From assembly GCF_006345805.1 (NCBI RefSeq), contig NC_043004.1, positions 89,528,001 through 89,592,000 of the forward strand: a stretch of DNA of 64,000 bases. Reading direction: 5' to 3'. The position numbers were made by a program, and so were the translations under genes. Every line of letters starts with the position of its first letter. The stretch's first letter is position 1. Of this stretch, positions 22,257 to 34,101 are shown one piece after another. Below the pieces are notes generated by a model. It did not search any database, was not told the origin of the DNA, and worked only from the letters and a program-made list of their open reading frames with translations. Source of the DNA: Octopus sinensis. Taxonomy: Eukaryota.

Positions 22257-24350
22257 ATGGAGGAGGAACTAAACAAAAGTCAGATCCATAATGAAATACA
22301 ACTTGATTATAATGATGTTTCTCATCAAACGGAGAAAACATCATTCATGTGTGACATTTGTGGGGAGTCTTTTAAAATACAAAACTGTTTAATTCAACAT
22401 CAGTCTATTCATACAGATTCAGAGCTCTATAATTGTAAAATTTGTGGTGAAAAGTTCTCTACAAATGAAAATTTAATTAACCATAAACATATTCACACAA
22501 AAGAAAATCCATACCAGTGTGATATTTGTGGTAAGACATACTCTGCTATTAGATTAGCAAGAAGACACAGACTTATTCACACAAGTGGGAAGCCTTTCCA
22601 ATGTAATATTTGTGGTAAATCGTATACTGTAAATAGTAGTTTATCTAAACACAAACGTAGTCACACAGGAGAGAAACCATTCAACTGTGATATCTGTGAT
22701 AAAACTTTCACTGTTAAATTTTCTTTAACTGTACACAAACGTATTCACACAGGAGAAAAACCATACCACTGTGATATCTGTGGCAAAAAATTTTCTGCTA
22801 GAGGTTTGGCAACAAGGCATAAAATTATTCACTCGGGCAACAAGCCATATCAATGTGATATTTGTGGTAAATCGTTCTACCAAGAAAACCATTTATTGAT
22901 ACATAAACGTGTTCACACAGGAGAGAAACCATATCATTGTGATATCTGTGGTAAAACTTTCTCTGTTAAATGTTCTTTAACTATACACAGACGTAATCAC
23001 ACTGGAGAAAAACCATATCGGTGTGATATCTGTGGTAAAACGTTCACTGGCAGTACTCTGGTATCAACACACAAACTTTCTCACACTGGCAAGAGGCTTT
23101 ACAAATGTGACGTTTGTGGTAAAGGATTCAATATGAATTGTCACTTAACTAAACACAAACGTATTCACACAGGGGAGAAACCATACCCGTGTGATATTTG
23201 TGGTAAGTCATTCTCACAAACTTCAAATTTAACAACCCATAAACGTATTCATACAGGAGAAAAACCATACCACTGTGATATTTGTGGTAAAAAGTTCTCC
23301 ACAAATGAGCATTTATCTAACCACAAATATATACACACAGGGGAAAAACGATATCACTGTGATATTTGTGGTAAAGCATTCTCCCAAAGAGGTAATTTAA
23401 AGCCTCATAAGCTTCTTCACTCAGGAGAAAAACCTTATCACTGTGATATATGTGGTAAAAATTTCTCTACCAAAGATTATTTATCTAATCACAAACGCAT
23501 TCATTCAAAGGTAAAAACATGCCGTTGTGATATTTGTGGTAAAGCATTCTCTCGAAATAGGGATTTATTGACACATAATCGCATTCACACAGGTGAGAAA
23601 CCATATCATTGTGATGTTTGTGGTAAATCATTTACTATAAGTGGTCATTTAACTAAACACAAACGTGTTCATACAGGAGAAAAACCATACCATTGTAGCA
23701 CCTGTGGTAGAATGTTCTCTAATAGTTCGATTTTATTGGCCCATAAACGTATTCACACAGGAGAGAAACCATACCACTGTGATATCTGTGGTAAATCATT
23801 CACTATAAGTGGATCTTTAACCAAACATAAACGTATTCACACAGGTGAAAAACCATTCCATTGTAATATTTGTGGTAAAACTTTCTCTGAAAGTAGTTCT
23901 GTAATATCTCATAAACGCGTTCACACTGGAGAAAAGCCATATCATTGTGATATCTGTGGAAAAACATTCACTGCTAGTGTTTCATTATCTACACACCAAA
24001 CAATTCACACAGGAGAGAAACCATATGACTGTGATATATGTGGTAGATCATTCTCGCGATCTTGTAATTTATCAAGGCATAAACGTCTTCACACAGGAGA
24101 TAAACCGTATCATTGTGATTCATGTGAAAAAACGTTTACTTCTAATTCTGATTTAAACACACACAAACGTATTCACACAGGAGAGAAACCATATCACTGT
24201 GACATCTGTGGTAAGTCATTCTCTCAAAATAGCCATTTATTGAACCATAAACGTATCCATACTGGTGACAAACCATATCGCTGTGATATTTGTAGTAAGG
24301 CATTCTCTCAACAAAGTACTTTGTCTGTCCACAAACGTATACACAGGTGA
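22257..24350 (+). CDS. Poly-C2H2 zinc-finger protein, copy 3 (697 aa, 24 fingers)
   Basis: Intact ORF with leader MEEELNKSQIHNE... and a tandem C2H2 array. Acceptor tttcAG at 22073-22074. Confidence 0.95.
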   Translation: MEEELNKSQIHNEIQLDYNDVSHQTEKTSFMCDICGESFKIQNCLIQHQSIHTDSELYNCKICGEKFSTNENLINHKHIHTKENPYQCDICGKTYSAIRLARRHRLIHTSGKPFQCNICGKSYTVNSSLSKHKRSHTGEKPFNCDICDKTFTVKFSLTVHKRIHTGEKPYHCDICGKKFSARGLATRHKIIHSGNKPYQCDICGKSFYQENHLLIHKRVHTGEKPYHCDICGKTFSVKCSLTIHRRNHTGEKPYRCDICGKTFTGSTLVSTHKLSHTGKRLYKCDVCGKGFNMNCHLTKHKRIHTGEKPYPCDICGKSFSQTSNLTTHKRIHTGEKPYHCDICGKKFSTNEHLSNHKYIHTGEKRYHCDICGKAFSQRGNLKPHKLLHSGEKPYHCDICGKNFSTKDYLSNHKRIHSKVKTCRCDICGKAFSRNRDLLTHNRIHTGEKPYHCDVCGKSFTISGHLTKHKRVHTGEKPYHCSTCGRMFSNSSILLAHKRIHTGEKPYHCDICGKSFTISGSLTKHKRIHTGEKPFHCNICGKTFSESSSVISHKRVHTGEKPYHCDICGKTFTASVSLSTHQTIHTGEKPYDCDICGRSFSRSCNLSRHKRLHTGDKPYHCDSCEKTFTSNSDLNTHKRIHTGEKPYHCDICGKSFSQNSHLLNHKRIHTGDKPYRCDICSKAFSQQSTLSVHKRIHR

Positions 24351-24454
24351 AAATCTACACCTCTGTATTTGATTTAGAACATTATCATATTAATATTTTA
24401 ACTGTGAAATTGAATTTTATGATTATTACAGAAATGATGATGTATATATATGAA

Positions 24455-24790
24455 TCATCATCATCATCGTTTAACGTCCGTTCTCCATGCTAGCATGGGT
24501 TGGACGGTTCGACCGGGGATCTGGGAAGCCAGAAGGCTGTGCCAGGCTCCAGTCTGATCTGGCAGTGTTTCTACAGCTGGATGCCCTTCCTAACGCCAAC
24601 CACTCCATGAGTGTAGTGGGTGCTTTTTACATGCCACCGGCACAGGTGCTAGGCGAGGTTGGCAACGGCCACAATCGGATTGGTGCTTTTTACGTGCCAC
24701 CGGCACGGAAGCCAGTCAAGGCGGCTCTGGCATCGGCCACATTCGGATGGTGCTTTTTACGTACCATTAGCACGGAAGGCAGTCAAAAAG
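24455..24790 (-). mobile_element. RTE LINE 3' UTR fragment ~100 bp after the copy 3 stop
   Basis: (CAT)n + CGTTTAACGTCCGTTCTCCATGCTAGCATGGG, the reverse complement of the tail at 43100-43170. Confidence 0.85.
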
Positions 24791-26392
24791 TAGAATTGTT
24801 ATTTTCTGAAAATTACATTGCATCAGTAGACTTGATATATTTCAACAGAAACTCATTCCACTTATGACATTCCTCAACAAAAGATAGATTGCAATATAAA
24901 ACTGCTTTCAGCAGTTAAGAGGATTGGAAATTTGAGTGAATATTTCTGCTTTCTTCTGTGAACATGTAAAGTTTTTTTGTAGCAAATCAGCCAAGTATTT
25001 TGTGGAGCCAATGTGCAGGAAATAAGTTGTGTGAGCTATATCTATATATTTACCATCAACAATTGAAAGAAGAAAAAGGAGGTCCTTTCAGTTCATTAAC
25101 TAAATTTCTCATAATAAATTTTTATCATTAAAGAACTTATTTTGTATATTGTGGCTGGTATTTATTGAGCCACCACTGATAAGTGTCATCTTTCATAAAA
25201 TTCAACCAGAGTTATCATCTGATGTGATGTAATTGGAAACTCTGAGCAGCTACTCCGAGACTTCAGCTCTTAATAAATCTTATGCCATTCTACTTTACTC
25301 TTTTTTGTATTTATTTTGCTTCATTGTGTATATATTTTTTTATATATTAATGTACATACACACATAAATCTAATGCATGTAAATTTTGTGTGTGTATATA
25401 TATATAATTTATGGATGTGAAAAATCTCCATTCTCCTTATAATTATTAATATTATTAATTACTCTATAGAAGATATGCAGTCCTGAGCAAGACACACAAT
25501 TACCAAACTCGAAAAACTTGACGAGGGCTTGGCCAAAGAGAAAAGGAGCTATCTTCTCCCCTTTCTCTCTGTTCCACAACACAACCTCTTTCACTAAAGA
25601 CATTCTATCTTCCCATAGAAAGTCAAGGTGGTAGGATAATCTTAAAGAACTAAGCTGATAGCAGGATCTGTCCTACATGTACCAGCAGGTGTTTGACATA
25701 TCTCTACAAATTAGCAATGTTCAAGTACTATTTATCAGTCCTGAATGTAGAATAGTTTCATTGCTCTGTGCACACCTCAAGCAGGCCTGATGAAGAATTA
25801 GGGTCCTGTGTCTGTCCCATGTGCACATTTTGTAGTATTTAATGCATTTTTCATTTATGTAGAGTTAAACTCAAACTGACAATGCTCCCGTGTAGCTTTG
25901 CTAGACTAGAGATTTCTGGAAATTGTCCATGGGTCATGGCCCAAAATCATTCAAAACAAACCAGCTGGTTGATTTCCAGCAATCTTCCTGAGATTGTTGT
26001 CACTTTTGCTTGCCACTTTATAAAACACCTCATCCACCAACATTCCAGTTGTCCTTGTCTTGGTCTTTGCTTGACCCAGGAAACGATAATTATGTCAAAG
26101 AGGAGAAGATGACAAAAAAGGGGAAAGGGAAAGATGATGAAAGAGAGGAAGGACAAGAAGAATAGGAATGTAAAAGGGATTAAGAAATAAAATAAAAGAA
26201 TGGCACAAGGCCAGCAATTTTAGTGGGAAGGAATTAGCTGATTATATTGACTCTAGTACTTGATTGATATTTTATTTTTTTCAAGGATGAAAGGCAAAAT
26301 AACTTTGGTGGTATCTGAATTTAAAATGTGTTAAATGCTGAAAGAAATGCAGTTAAGTATTTTGCTAGCTTGTCCACATAAACAATAATAAT

Positions 26393-26761
26393 AATAAGAG
26401 CACTCAGAGAGTGCAAATCTCTGCCAAGGCAACACCAATGTCCTCTCAATGATTAGCTGGAGATGATTTTTAAAATGAGAATATCTGAAATAAACTCAAC
26501 TGTTCTCACAAATGAGAATACTAAAACTGAACCTGATTGCTCTCAAAAATTAAGTAAAAAAAAACTGGGAAAATAATCCAGAATCCTTGTCCAATACCAG
26601 ATTGATCTCAAAATTTAATCAGTTCCTGCCAGTCATGAGGCTAAATATCCCTGAAAGTTTCATCCAAATCCATCCAGCAGTTCTTGAGATATCTTGTCCA
26701 TGGACAAACAAACAAATACAACTGAAAACAATACCTCCGCTTTCGCTAAGGAGGAGGTAAT
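26393..26761 (+). mobile_element. Non-autonomous Helentron/HINE-like element
   Basis: Homologous to 2447-3097; 3' hairpin ACCTCCGCTTTCGCTAAGGAGGAGGT. Confidence 0.6.
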
Positions 26762-28448
26762 TATTTTCTACAGTAAGTACAAGGTCTGAAATTTGTGTGT
26801 GTGGTGGGGGTCTTGTCAATTACATTGACCCCAGTGCTCGACTCCAAAAGGATGAAAGGCAAAGATGGCCTCAGCAGAATTTGGAGTCAGAATGTAAATA
26901 TGGGCAAAATAACACCAAGCATTTTGTCCAGCATGCTAACAATTCTGCCAGCTTGCTACCTTAAGAAAGTTCTAACTGGGCCCCTCCTGTGAGGTCATGC
27001 ATTGTTTTTATTGATATGAAATCACTATGTCATGCACATATGGTTGTGATGCATGTGCCTGGTGTACCCTTGTCAAACGGGTACTTATGATGGGTATACT
27101 GGGCTTCGTATATTTTACCCCAGTGTCACTTTGATGGCATGCGCTGTGCTCTCAATGATAATAATAATGATAATCTTTTCTACTAAAGGCACAAGGCCTG
27201 AAATTTTGTGTGTTTCACAATTTCTCATACTTTCTAGGAGTAATAAAGGGTAAAGACACCCTTTGGTCATAAATGACCATGCGATTGCACCTAGAAAGTT
27301 CCCCTCTGAGGCACAAGTCCAAGCAGGGTTGCTTGTGGAAGACCAGTAGTCACCTTTGCATACCAACATCCCCTCTCCACACCATCAATGTTATCCAAGG
27401 GAAAGGCAAAGGCCAATACAGCTTGGCATCAGTGACATTGCAACTCATTTCTACAGTCAAGTGAACAGGAACAATGTGAAATAAAGCATCTTGCTCAAGA
27501 ACACAACACAGCTTGGTCTGGTAATCAAACTCAATACCTTGTGATTGTGAGCCCAACACTACAACCATTGGGCCCATCAATTTGCCATCCCATTCTCCAA
27601 AATTTCAGGATTAGTGCCCATAGTAGAAAGGATTATTATTATGACTAAGGCAGTGAGTTGGCAGAATTGTCACTGTGCCAGAGAAAATGCTTAGCATAAT
27701 TTCTTCACCTTTTCCGGGTTGATAAAATTATTAGTTGAGCACTGGGGTCAATGAACTTGACTTAAATCTCCATTCAATATGGCTGGTGTTGTGCTAAAAT
27801 TTTGATCAAGGCAGTCTTCCGTTCTGAGTTCAAATTCTGCTAAGGTCGACTTTGCCTTTCATTCATTCGGGATCGATAGAAAAAAGTACCAGTTGAGTAC
27901 TGGGGTCAATTTAATCGACTATCCCCCTTCTTCCAAATTTCAGGCCTTGTGCCTATAGTAGAAAGGATTATTATTATGACTGACCTATATAAATGAGAAA
28001 TAAAATTATATTTAAAACCGTGAAGGCTATAGTTGCAGTAGTAATGATACAACAAAGTTAAGTTTTTTGTTTTTCAATGGCTATTGTGTTCCATACTGTA
28101 ATTGCAATATACAAAACACACATACACATATATATATATATATATATCATATATATTCATGTATACAGGAATCTGTTAAATTCCACATTATTTTTCAAAA
28201 TTATCGTGAAAATTTGAAAAGCTACAAATGGTTGGAGGAAATTTAACAAGATCCAAAATATATGTGGTCAACCGAAGAGCCCAAATTCCACAACGTAAAA
28301 CAAGCATGGATAAACTTTTTCGAGAAGAGGGTCGCATGAGACATGGTTCATTATTACGTGGCTGCACGTCTGAATTAAAATTCCGTCATTTTCCTCTAGG
28401 AAAGCCATTCAGTGAGACCCATCAAACATAATCGACCTGTGACTGCTA

Positions 28449-28823
28449 TCTTTATATATAAAAGTGAAGTTGTGTGTCTGTCTCCTACGAGTTAGATTCC
28501 TAACTACTCCCACATTTTGCGGTGCAGTGTAACCAAAAGCGGGTATCTTATAGTCGTGATTCATATCGAGCCCTTCTGGGTATTACCGCGCGTCTACGAT
28601 GAGTCTACGATTTAAAAAAAAAATTACCATCATTTTTTCCCATTTTAATGCATTTTTCGCTATTATATAAGGGAAGTAACTCTCTAAAAATGTCTACGAT
28701 GAGTCAACGATTTAAAAAAAAATTTACCATAATTTTTTTGCTATTTTTTGGCTATAACTCTCTAAAAATGCTTATATAGTTATTTCCCTTACAAACCCGA
28801 GCAACGCCGGGCGATACTGCTAG
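28449..28823 (+). mobile_element. Non-autonomous Helitron
   Basis: A|TCTTTATATATAAAAG 5' end, CCCGAGCAACGCCGGG hairpin and CTAG|T 3' end. No TSD; A/T target. Confidence 0.85.
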
Positions 28824-28868
28824 TATATATATATATAAATACCCACAATTGTACTCGCAAACTCTCGA

Positions 28869-28994
28869 AAACATCCGGTTCCGGGATGCTATCAGCCTAC
28901 TTCTGTTACCGACCCAAACATTCACCATTCGTTTATTATTTGTGCAATTCTAACCACAGAACAGCCCTCCACACCCACCTGAAGGAAGGTATGA
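28869..28994 (+). promoter_or_regulatory. Conserved module A (candidate promoter/first exon) of ZNF copy 4
   Basis: AAACATCCGGTTCCGG at 28869 and AAG|GTATGA donor with GT at 28989. Same arrangement at 43942 and 59813. Confidence 0.6.
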
Positions 28995-29322
28995 GCACCA
29001 CAACATTTCCTCTATATCTCTAGACATATACAGTATAATGTAATAACTTATCTTCTTCTGTCAAACTACTAGGCGCCAACGAATCGAGTTTCCAATTTCA
29101 CATTTCGTTCCATTTCTCACTACACATTAGTATTAGATCGTTTTTTCTAACATGTTGGATCTTACTGAGAAGTGCATAATCCCCTCGACATAGTAGTATT
29201 CTGTCAGACTTACAATTTTAGAGAAAACGCTTTCCTTCCCAATATTCCCCGGTTTTAAACTGTTTACGTTTTAACTGATACTTCTCGAAAGTATTAAGTA
29301 TTTGAGCACGTTATTTCCACGT

Positions 29323-30240
29323 GAGAATACCGATTTCAGTGTGAGCACATTTCACTTAAAGATGTTTTGGCGAAGTTTCGCATGTCGTAGCACAGATTTC
29401 CGTAAAAAACTTTTATTTTTTTACATAAGTAATGAGAGCGAAAGAGACTAAGAGGAAGCGATTTTATGACGAGAAGGTTTCACTTTGAAATCGGCCTGTG
29501 TGTGTTTGATGGGGTGTGGGAGACAGGCAGTATGTTGTGTAAGTGAAGTGCTTCTGTTAGTGTGTGCGAAGAGACAGAGAGAGTAATGTGTGAAAGAGAG
29601 AGATAACTGATTTTTTACTCGGTGTATGTGTATATGTATGTCTGCATGTATGTGTGTGTGTGTATGTATCTATGTATGTGTGTATGTATGTATGTATGGT
29701 CGATTCAGTGTAATTTTTTACTCGGTGTATGTGTATATGTATGTCTGCATGTATGTGTGTGTGTGTATGTATCTATGTGTGTGTGTGTAAGTATGTGTGT
29801 GTGTATGTATGTATGTGTGTGTGTGTATGTATCTATGTATGTGTGTGTGTGTATGTATGTATGTATGTACTCGGTGTATGTGTATATGTATGTCTGTCTC
29901 TTCGCACACACTAACAGAAGCACTTCACTTACACAACATACTGCCTGTCTCCCACACCCCATCAAACACACACAGGCCGACTTCAAAGTGAAACCTTCTC
30001 GTCGTAAAATCGCTTCCTCTTAGTCTCTTTCGCTCTCATTACTTATGTAAAAAAATAAAAGTTTTTTACGGAAATCGACGGAAATCTGTGCTACTACAAC
30101 CGAAACTATGCCCTCGGTACTATGATAATATAAACGAAAGGAAAAACCCGCCAGTTTTCAATTAGAGGAAGTCAAACATTGATGACAAGAGTGATTTCCC
30201 CTTTGTTTCTCAGATTGTGATGATCGTAAATCTGAATTGC
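29323..30240 (+). promoter_or_regulatory. Conserved module B of ZNF copy 4, split by a foldback element
   Basis: GAGAATACCGATT at 29323. The remainder CCGCCAGTTTT (30148), AGAGGAAGTC (30164) and GACAAGAGTGATT (30184) resumes after the insertion. Confidence 0.65.
29369..30112. mobile_element. GG-terminated foldback element, ~210-bp arms around a (TG/TATG)n core
   Basis: GGCGAAGTTTCG...GTAGCACAG versus CTGTGCTAC...CGAAACTATGCC. The arms are homologous to the interior of 20287-20676. No TSD; flanking host sequence is deleted. Confidence 0.85.
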
Positions 30241-30340
30241 AAGGAAATGTTTTAGGGGGGCAGATATTCTACTGCTTGATGTTCTCTCTGCTTCCAAGCA
30301 AAGTAATATTTCCCCATGGTTAGACATGATTTTTCAAAAT

Positions 30341-30630
30341 CATCATCGTTTAACGTCTGTTTTCTATGCTAGCATGGGTTGGACGATTTGACTGATGGCT
30401 GGCGAACCAGACAGCTGCACCAGGCTTCAATCTTGATCTGGCAGAGTTTCTACAGCTGGATGCCCTTCCTAACGCCAATCACTCCGAGGGTGTATTGGGT
30501 GCTTTTATGTGTCACCGGCATGAGGACCAGTCAGGCGGTACTGGTAACGGCCACGCTCAAATGGTGTTTTTTACGTGACACCTGCACAGGAGCCAGTCCA
30601 GCGGCACTGGCAACGACCTCGCTCGAATGT
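30341..30630 (-). mobile_element. RTE LINE 3' UTR fragment
   Basis: (CAT)n CGTTTAACGTC...CAGCTGGATGCCCTTCCTAACGCC. Confidence 0.8.
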
Positions 30631-32832
30631 TTATTGGGAATTAATGACAATGCTTATATGGCAATGGCACTTATTTAACAACTGTCATAAGGTATCAACA
30701 AAAGGATACACATATACGTCTGTGTGTGTGATTTCGCTCATACACACAATGGGATTCATTCAGTTTCCGTCTACCAAATCCACTCACAAGGCTTTGGTTG
30801 GCCGGGAGCTATAGTTGAAGACAACTGCCCAAGGTGCTACACAGTGGGACTGTACTGAAAACCATACGGTTCTGAATATGGCTTCTTAATCACACAGCCA
30901 TATCTGTGTGTGTTGATTATTCCACTAGTTCACTATAATCCTAATGGTAAGAAAGACAAAGTATCGAACATGGTGCAGGGTGCTCACTACTCTTGTCTCC
31001 TTTCATTCAGAGCAATGTAACCAAGTAGTTGACTGGAAGGTGATAGCAGAAGATAAGTTTGGGTGAGACAATGAAAGAAGTGAGAATATGATGAGGAAAG
31101 ACGGTGGTATGGTAAAGAGGTAGAGGGGAGATATATGGAAGAGCCAGTGATAGAAAAAATAATGAAAGATAGAGAGAGAGAGAGAAGAAATAGTTTTATA
31201 TTTGCTAGTAGAAGAGGAGAGAGCAAGTGATGGACACTCACAGAAATGGTAATATTGGTTTCAAATTTTGGCACAAGGCCAGTAAATTTGGGGGAAGGGG
31301 TTAAGTCAATTATATTGATCTGAAATATCAAATGGTACTTGTTTTATCAACCCCAAAAGGATGAAAGGCAAAGTCGACCTTGGTGGAATTAGAACTCAGA
31401 ATGTAAAGGCTGATGAGATGCTTGTATGCATTTTGTCCAGCATGCTAACAATACTGCCAGCTCACCACCTTACAGAAGGGTAACATTGACTATTAAGAGA
31501 GTGAGGTCAGTGATGACTGTCAGTAAATGTTAACTGGTGGAAAAGAGAAGGAAGGGTAGAAATAAAGTGATACAGTTTGGTGGTAGAGTGGAAAGAATAT
31601 GACCAGATTAATGTTTTCCTTAATAGACAAGCAGTATGGGACAGTGAAGAGGAGAAAGGGTGTGTGACAGTGAGATGGTAAGGGAAGCGTCTGGTGTAGA
31701 TTTAAACATGTACTCCTATTGACCCCTAGTCATTTGTTCTCCATGCTCCCTTAGATGCTCATTAGCTCCCCCATTCAGCCTTCAACTACAATGTAAGAGC
31801 GTACTTTTGATGCAAGTCTCATAAAATGCTACTCTAATTTCTAAAGCTGCAAATATTACATAAATTTTCACTTCAAATTTTGCGTAAACAATTGTAAGTA
31901 GAGTTGGCATGGAAACAATTGTAACTAATCATTAAAGCTGTCTTAAAGTATTTCTTTTATTATTTGGATTATACACATACAAACACACACAAGGGGCTTC
32001 TTTCAGATTCCATCTGTCAATTCCACTCACAAGGTTTTTGGTCAACCTGGGGCTGTAGTAGAAGACACTTACTCAAGGTGCCTCACAATGGGATCAAACC
32101 TGGAACTATATAGTAGGTAAGCAAACTTCTTACCACATAGTCACTCCTGCACCTATAAATATCTGTGAAAAATTTGCCAAACCAGTTCCTGAACAAAGTC
32201 CTTGTGATATTTGTTCTACATCCACTTGCATATACTCCTTTGACACGCCTGACGCCAGAAATGCAGTGAAAACCTGTAACCAATACTTCAGTGATTCTGA
32301 TATGAAACCAGTAAAGTTCGATACATTAATTGGCGTCATGTATTTGTAACGGAGAACCTTGTTGAGATTCAGTTTGTTTACAGTAAATCATGGCTTGTTT
32401 ATCCATTGTTCTATTCATCTATCCTCCATTTGTGCCATAGATGGATTACCTTATTCAGCTTCACCTTTCGTGGCTTCTATTGCATAATGCATTTGCTTAA
32501 CCTCTTAATATAAGCAAGGACAGAGTATATCCCAGCAGTTGGCACCCGCATGACAAGAACTCTCTGAGGGACATTCCTTTTGGCTGATGCAAGACAATAG
32601 CAGTAATTGCATTGTTCACTCAACTCCATAAAACCATTGAAGAGGTGCAGATGTGACTGTGTGCTGAGAAGTTTGCTTCCCAGATTCATGGTTCCAGGTT
32701 CACTCCCTCTGTATGGTACTTTGGGCAAGCACCTTCTACTATAGCCTCGGGTCAACTAAAGCTTTGTGTTTAGATTTGGTAAATGGGAACTAAAAGAAGC
32801 CTCTTGTGTGTGTATGTATGTATGTATGTATG

Positions 32833-32879
<47 letters not shown>

Positions 32880-34101
32880 ATAAATGAAAAAATGCATTAA
32901 ATGCTACAAAATGTGCACATGGGATAGACACAGAAGGACTCTAATTCTTCATCAGATGAAGAATTAGGATCCTTCAGTGTATGTTTTGCATTTTTCATTC
33001 CAGCCGTAGAAACATTGCTAGATCAGACTGGGCCTGGTGCAGCCTTCTGGCTTCCCAGACCCCAGTTGAACCGTCCAACCCATGCTAGCATGGAAAGCGG
33101 ACGCTAAATGATGATATATATAATATATATATATATATATGTGTTTGTATTTGTCTCTGACCACTGCTTGACAACTGGTGTTGGTTTATTTCCATCCCCA
33201 TTATTTATCAATTTGGCAAAAGAGACCAATAACACAAGTACCAGGCTTAATAAATAAGTTACTGGGGTTGATTCATTCAAGGCAGTGCTCCAGCATGGCT
33301 ACAGTCTAATGACTGAAACAAGTAAAAGATGTGTTGTTATTAATGAGATTGTGTAGACGGTGAAATGGCAGAATTGTTGGCACGCTGGACGAAATGCTTA
33401 ATGGTATTTCGCTATTGCTATATTCTGAGTTCAGATTCCGCTGGGGTTGACTTTGCCTATCATCCTTTTGGAGTAAATGAAATAAGTACCAGTGAAACAC
33501 TGGGGTCGATGTGATTGACTAGTCCCCTCCCACAATTTCAGGTAGTACTGTATTACTTACAGGTATAATGACATTGTTTGGTTTAGTATTTCCTCCATAC
33601 CTGTGATAACACTGAAAAAATAACTAGAATATAGCTTCACTACCTAGATTGATTACTTTTCTCTCTGAATGAATCATTATCATTGGACTCTGGTAATTTA
33701 CAGGTATAGTGATGTCTCCGTACATCAGTAGTTAACTGCACCCATTTCATCCGCATACGCATACCATTCTGTCTTTTTTTCTGTGTATATACTCTCACTG
33801 TATTTTTGTATTTTATCATTTTCTGTGTTTTCAATGTCTGTGATCAAAAATTTCTTCTCTCTGTTATCATTGTATTGTTTCTTACATCATACTCCCTATA
33901 TGTATTTCAGGGTATCTGATGGTATTGAGATTTTGAAAATGAAAGAATGACTTGACCAAAGATATAGGGAACATTGTTTGAGAAAGTTCACTGAAGAAAC
34001 TATATTCATTATTGAAATTATCGAAAGAAATATTTCTCTGAAAATTACAGAACTATGGGTTTTTAGAAAATTTTATTTATTTGTAAGTAAACCTGAAAGT
34101 T

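Noticed and set aside
24487-24867. ORFs of 126 aa (24487), 221 aa (36658) and several at 42268-43131
   Set aside because: They lie in GC-richer RTE 3' UTR repeats, and the same text recurs in multiple copies and strands.
32130-32360. Short frames open on both strands between two SINEs (MTPINVSNFTGF... / ICEKF...PCDICS)
   Set aside because: Under 80 aa, no recognisable domain, and the Cys spacing does not fit the 84-bp finger period.
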